From: the human T2T-CHM13v2.0 reference genome, Homo sapiens
Length of the DNA stretch: 64,000 nt
Direction: 5' to 3' (one strand)
NCBI RefSeq assembly: GCF_009914755.1
Contig: NC_060945.1
Position 1 is the stretch's first letter, and the number at the start of each line of letters is the position of its first letter. A model generated the notes under the pieces. It saw only the letters and a program-made list of their open reading frames with translations. It made no database searches and was not told the origin of the DNA. This document shows, piece by piece, positions 60,128 through 64,000 of the stretch. The translations under genes and the position numbers were made by a program.

Positions 60128-60484
60128 TGTATTAGTCTGGTCTCATGCTGCTAATAAAAACATACCCAAGACTGGGTAATTTATAAAAGAAAGAGGTTTA
60201 AAAGAATCACAGTTCCATATGGCTGGGGAGGCCTCACAAAAATGGTGGAAAGTGAAGGAAGAGCAAAGGCATGTCTTACATGACAGACAAGAGGGTCATG
60301 TGCAGGGGAACTCCCTTTTATAAAACCATTAAATCTCATGAGACTTATTCACTATCAGGAGAACAGCATGGGGAAAACCTGGCCCCATGATTCAATTACC
60401 CCCTACTGGGTCCCTCCCATGATATGTGGGGATTATTACATTCAAGGTGAGATTTGGGTGGGGTCACAGAGCCAAACCATGTTA
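60128..60484 (-). mobile_element. THE1 solo LTR (THE1B/C-like)
   Basis: tgtattagtc...gagatttgggtggggtcacagagccaaaccatgtta; perfect 5-bp TSD tatga at 60123-60127 and 60485-60489. Confidence 0.93.
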
Positions 60485-60519
60485 TATGAATTAAAGGAAA
60501 TTCTTTCTGGTTTTCCAAT

Positions 60520-60750
60520 GTAGTTAGCCCTCCATATATGTGAGGATTTGTTCTAGGACCACTGAATATTCCCAAATTTGTGGATGCTCAAGTCCCTTAG
60601 TTGGCCCTTCATATCTGCAGTTTCTGCCTCCAAGGATTCAACCAACAGCAGATGAAACATGCAGTAATTCATGACATATTTTCAAACACAGAAGCTCTAG
60701 AAAACTAAATTTTTGTTAATTGAAACTGAGAATGTAGAAGGCCGACTTAA
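60520..60750. mobile_element. MER2-type (TcMar-Tigger) fossil
   Basis: ggatttgttctaggacc...gtggatgctcaagtccctta...ggattcaaccaac...gaaggccgact. Confidence 0.7.
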
Positions 60751-60888
60751 TTTATTTGCTTTACGAAACATTAGTATATTGTTAGTGATTTAAATCAGTT
60801 TCCTGCAAATCTTTCAGGTGAGTAACACAGTTTCATTGCTGAATACTCTTACGTGCTACATTTTAAGAGCCTCTTGTGTTATACATTT

Positions 60889-61299
60889 TGTGTTAGTCCA
60901 TTTTGGATTGCTTTAAAGGAATATCTGAGACTGAATACTTTATAAAGAAAAGAGGTTTATTTTGGCTCAGGATTCTGCAGGCTATACATGCATGGTTCCA
61001 GCATCTGTACCTATTCTGGTGAAACCTCAGACAGCTTTTACTCATGGCAGAAGGTAAAGGGGGACCCAATGTGTCACACTGAGAGAGAGCAAGAGAAAAG
61101 GAGGTGCCAGTCTCTTTTTAACAACCAACTCTTTTGTGAGCTAATAGAGTGAGAACTCACTCATTACCACAAGGATGGCACCAAGCCCTTCATGAGGGAT
61201 CTGTCCCAATGACCCAAACACCTCCCACTGGGTCCCACTTTCAACACTCAGGTTCACATTTCAACATATTTGGTGGGGACAAACATCCAAACTACATCA
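60889..61299 (-). mobile_element. MST (MSTB-like) solo LTR
   Basis: tgtgttagtccattt...ggggacaaacatccaaactacatca; TSD cattt/ctttt. Confidence 0.9.
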
Positions 61300-61954
61300 C
61301 TTTTGATGATCCATCATAAAATCTTATATATACATATTTAAATATAATCATATCTTAAATATCAGTATATGCTCTGAAATTTTGACAGAATGTTATGTAT
61401 TTGTTTCTTTTGAAATTACTATTTGAACTATAAGTGAGTTCCATTTAATTTGTTTGGTATTTACTTCCCCAAGATTATCATATAATCTCGAGAGTTCATG
61501 TAGAATCAAATACAATCTCATTTTTAAATACTATAAATCCATTTTTACTTTTAGCTTCATAATTAACCAATTTCTTATGTTATAAATATAGATATTTAAT
61601 TAAAGTTGTGTTCATTTCAATCTTCTGATGGTGTGTAATCAATTGGGGCTTGTTTTGTTTTGTTTTTGATCATCTCAAGTATTCCTGTAGGCTCCTGAAA
61701 AGCGTTATGGAGCTGTTCACTAAGGTTACGGTGCCAACCAAAACAGCCTGATTTTAAAAGTGGTTTGAAACGCCTAGCCCCTGAGAATGCTTCCCAGCAC
61801 ACATGGCTGCTGGTGTCTTCGTTTTCCTCTTCATTTTGTCTTTTTCCCACCCAGAGAATAAATATATTAGTTATGCCTGTATTATGGTCCATAGTTTGCA
61901 TACATTAATCATCTTGTATAACCATCTCTCCCCAAAAGATAGTGTATTACATAT

Positions 61955-62416
61955 TGTATTCATATTCCAGGGATGCTGTCACAAAGTATCACAAATGATG
62001 TGGCCAAAACAACAGAAATTTATTATCTCACATTTCTGTAGGCTAAAAGTCTGAAATCAAAATATCTGAAGAGCTGGTTCCTTCTGAAGGCTGTGAGAAT
62101 CTTTTCCATGCTTCTCACCAGCTTAGCTTCCAGTGGCTTGCTGGCAATCTTTAGCATCTTGGCTTTTGCTGTATCACCCTGATCTCTGCCTTCACCTTCA
62201 CATGGTGTTCTCCCTGTGTTTATGTGCCTGTGTCCAAGTCTTCCTTTTCCAGGACATCAGTTATGTTGGACTAGAGACCCACCCTACTACAGTATGATTT
62301 CATCTTAACTAATTGCATCTGCAACGACTATTTTCAAATAAGGTCACATTCTGAAGTAATGGGAGTTAGGACTTCAGCATACAAATTTTAAGAGGGATAC
62401 AATTCAACCCCCAGCA
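61955..62416 (-). mobile_element. MLT1 (MLT1C-like) solo LTR
   Basis: aaacaacagaaatttattatctcac...ggtcacattctgaagt...caattcaacc; TSD catat/catac. Confidence 0.88.
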
Positions 62417-63569
62417 CATACATTGGATTCTCATTTTTTAAAATTAATGGCCTCTGTACAATGAATGTTTATTTCAATCTAGTAACTCAGGAAAAAGGCC
62501 TCTTTCAATGTCAGTATTAGCAATAGGTAGCATAAAATAACCAGTGTACTCTGTTTGGCATCCTTTGCTAAGATTTTTCTCCTCAAGCCAATATCTTGTG
62601 TCTGGTGGATTTGGGAGGCAGAAGGGATACAATATCTCATCTTCTTTTGTACCAAAGCGTATTCATATTTCTGCTTGTTTTATTCTATATTTTTCATGCT
62701 CTTTGACATTAGAACATTATTTCTTCTTCTTCTTCTTTTTTTTTTTTTTTTCTGTGTCTTGTTCTTTCTCTGAAGCTTTTCCACCACTAGGAATGTTGTA
62801 CATTAACATGGGAAAGCCCAAATTAAAGGAAGCTAGTGGTTTGGCAGTTTAAAATAGTTTAGAAATAGTTTTGCTAAAATTTATTTCCACTGTCATGTTT
62901 TAACTTGTTTTAATAGACTGAATATATCATTTTATTAGTTGTAGAGCAGCCTGTGAATATTTACCTGTCGGTTAGGTGCATCTATTACAGGGAACACAGA
63001 GGAGAGATTCTTTAACTTTAGGGCGCTGTTCATTTGCTGAGAGTGGGTTGGTTAAAACCCAAGTTTGGCTCACGTTAGTGGAAAGTCACTCAGTGGTAAG
63101 AGGGGGAGAAGGGTGTTCCTATTTCCTTATCTGTGTAATGAGTATTTAGTTTCCGTGGTCATTGTAAGCTCACATCGATAACAATTCTGTTGTACCAGAG
63201 TTCTACTTTTTATCCAGCCTTCTGGCAGCTGTCCTTTCATTTTGCTTTCTTAAATGGCACATTGACATGCTGATTTTGGTTTTGGGTGGGCCTAGGTTAA
63301 AATGGGAGCTTGGTAACTCTATCACTTGTGTTGCTTAAAACTTTTGCAGTTTCAATTTCCTCAAGCACCAAGTGGAGATACTAGGATTTATCCTACCATT
63401 TTATAGCAGGGAGGATTAAAACTAAGTAAGATGGCATATGGAAAATATAAAGAGCGGTGCCTAATTTCCACTTATTTGAGAAAAATAATTCATCTTGAGA
63501 TATTTGATAATTTCTTTCTTTCTCATTAAAATTTGGCTATTTTGCCATATTTTATCGTGTATTAGTATT

Positions 63570-64000
63570 GTTTTAATTTTTGTGAGTACATATAAGGTAT
63601 ACATATTTATGGGGTTCATGAGACATTCTGGTCAGGCATGAAATGCATAGTAATCATATCATGGAAAATTGGATATCCATCCCCTCAGGCATTTATCCTT
63701 TGTGTTACAAACAATTCAGTTATACTCTTTTAGTCATTTTCAAACGCACATTTAAAAGATTACTGACTATAGTCCCCTATTGTACTATGAAATACCAGGT
63801 CTTACTCAATCTTTCTAACTATTTTTTGTACCCATTAACCATTCCATCTCCCCCAACTTCTGCATTACCCTAACCAGCTTCTGGTAAACATTTTTCTGTA
63901 ATCTATCTCCATGAATTCAATTGTTTTGATATTTAGCACACACAAATAAATGATAACATGGGATGTTTGTCTTTCTGTGTCTGGCTTATTTCACTTAACA
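63570..64000 (-). mobile_element. L1MA-type 3' end running off the window
   Basis: tatttatggggttcatgag...tatccatcccctcaggcattt...gtctttctgtgtctggcttatttcacttaaca. Confidence 0.88.

Overview
AT-rich, repeat-dense mammalian DNA, almost certainly human: it contains an L1HS-Ta element carrying the ACA/G diagnostics, Alu J/S/Y copies and THE1/MST/MLT LTRs. It looks like intergenic or deep-intronic sequence. I recognise no host protein-coding gene, RNA gene or CRISPR array. The only real protein-coding material is broken LINE-1 ORF2; the other ORFs in the track come from repeats or look like chance. The most interesting content is structural. (1) A young L1HS-Ta insertion with a near-flush twin-priming inversion and a perfect 16-bp TSD, plus a second inverted L1PA2-type copy. 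(2) A 68-bp insertion copied exactly from a site 1.65 kb downstream and flanked by a 23-bp duplication. (3) A near-perfect 128-bp palindrome. (4) An ERV1 (MER50-like) provirus with four tandem tRNA-His PBS/U5 units and a second U5 motif complementary to tRNA-His. (5) A collapsed inverted Alu pair. (6) A back-to-back CTCF motif cluster. Subfamily names and the tRNA-His sequence come from my recall of consensus sequences, not from a database search. I found no convincing evidence of a wholly new biological system.
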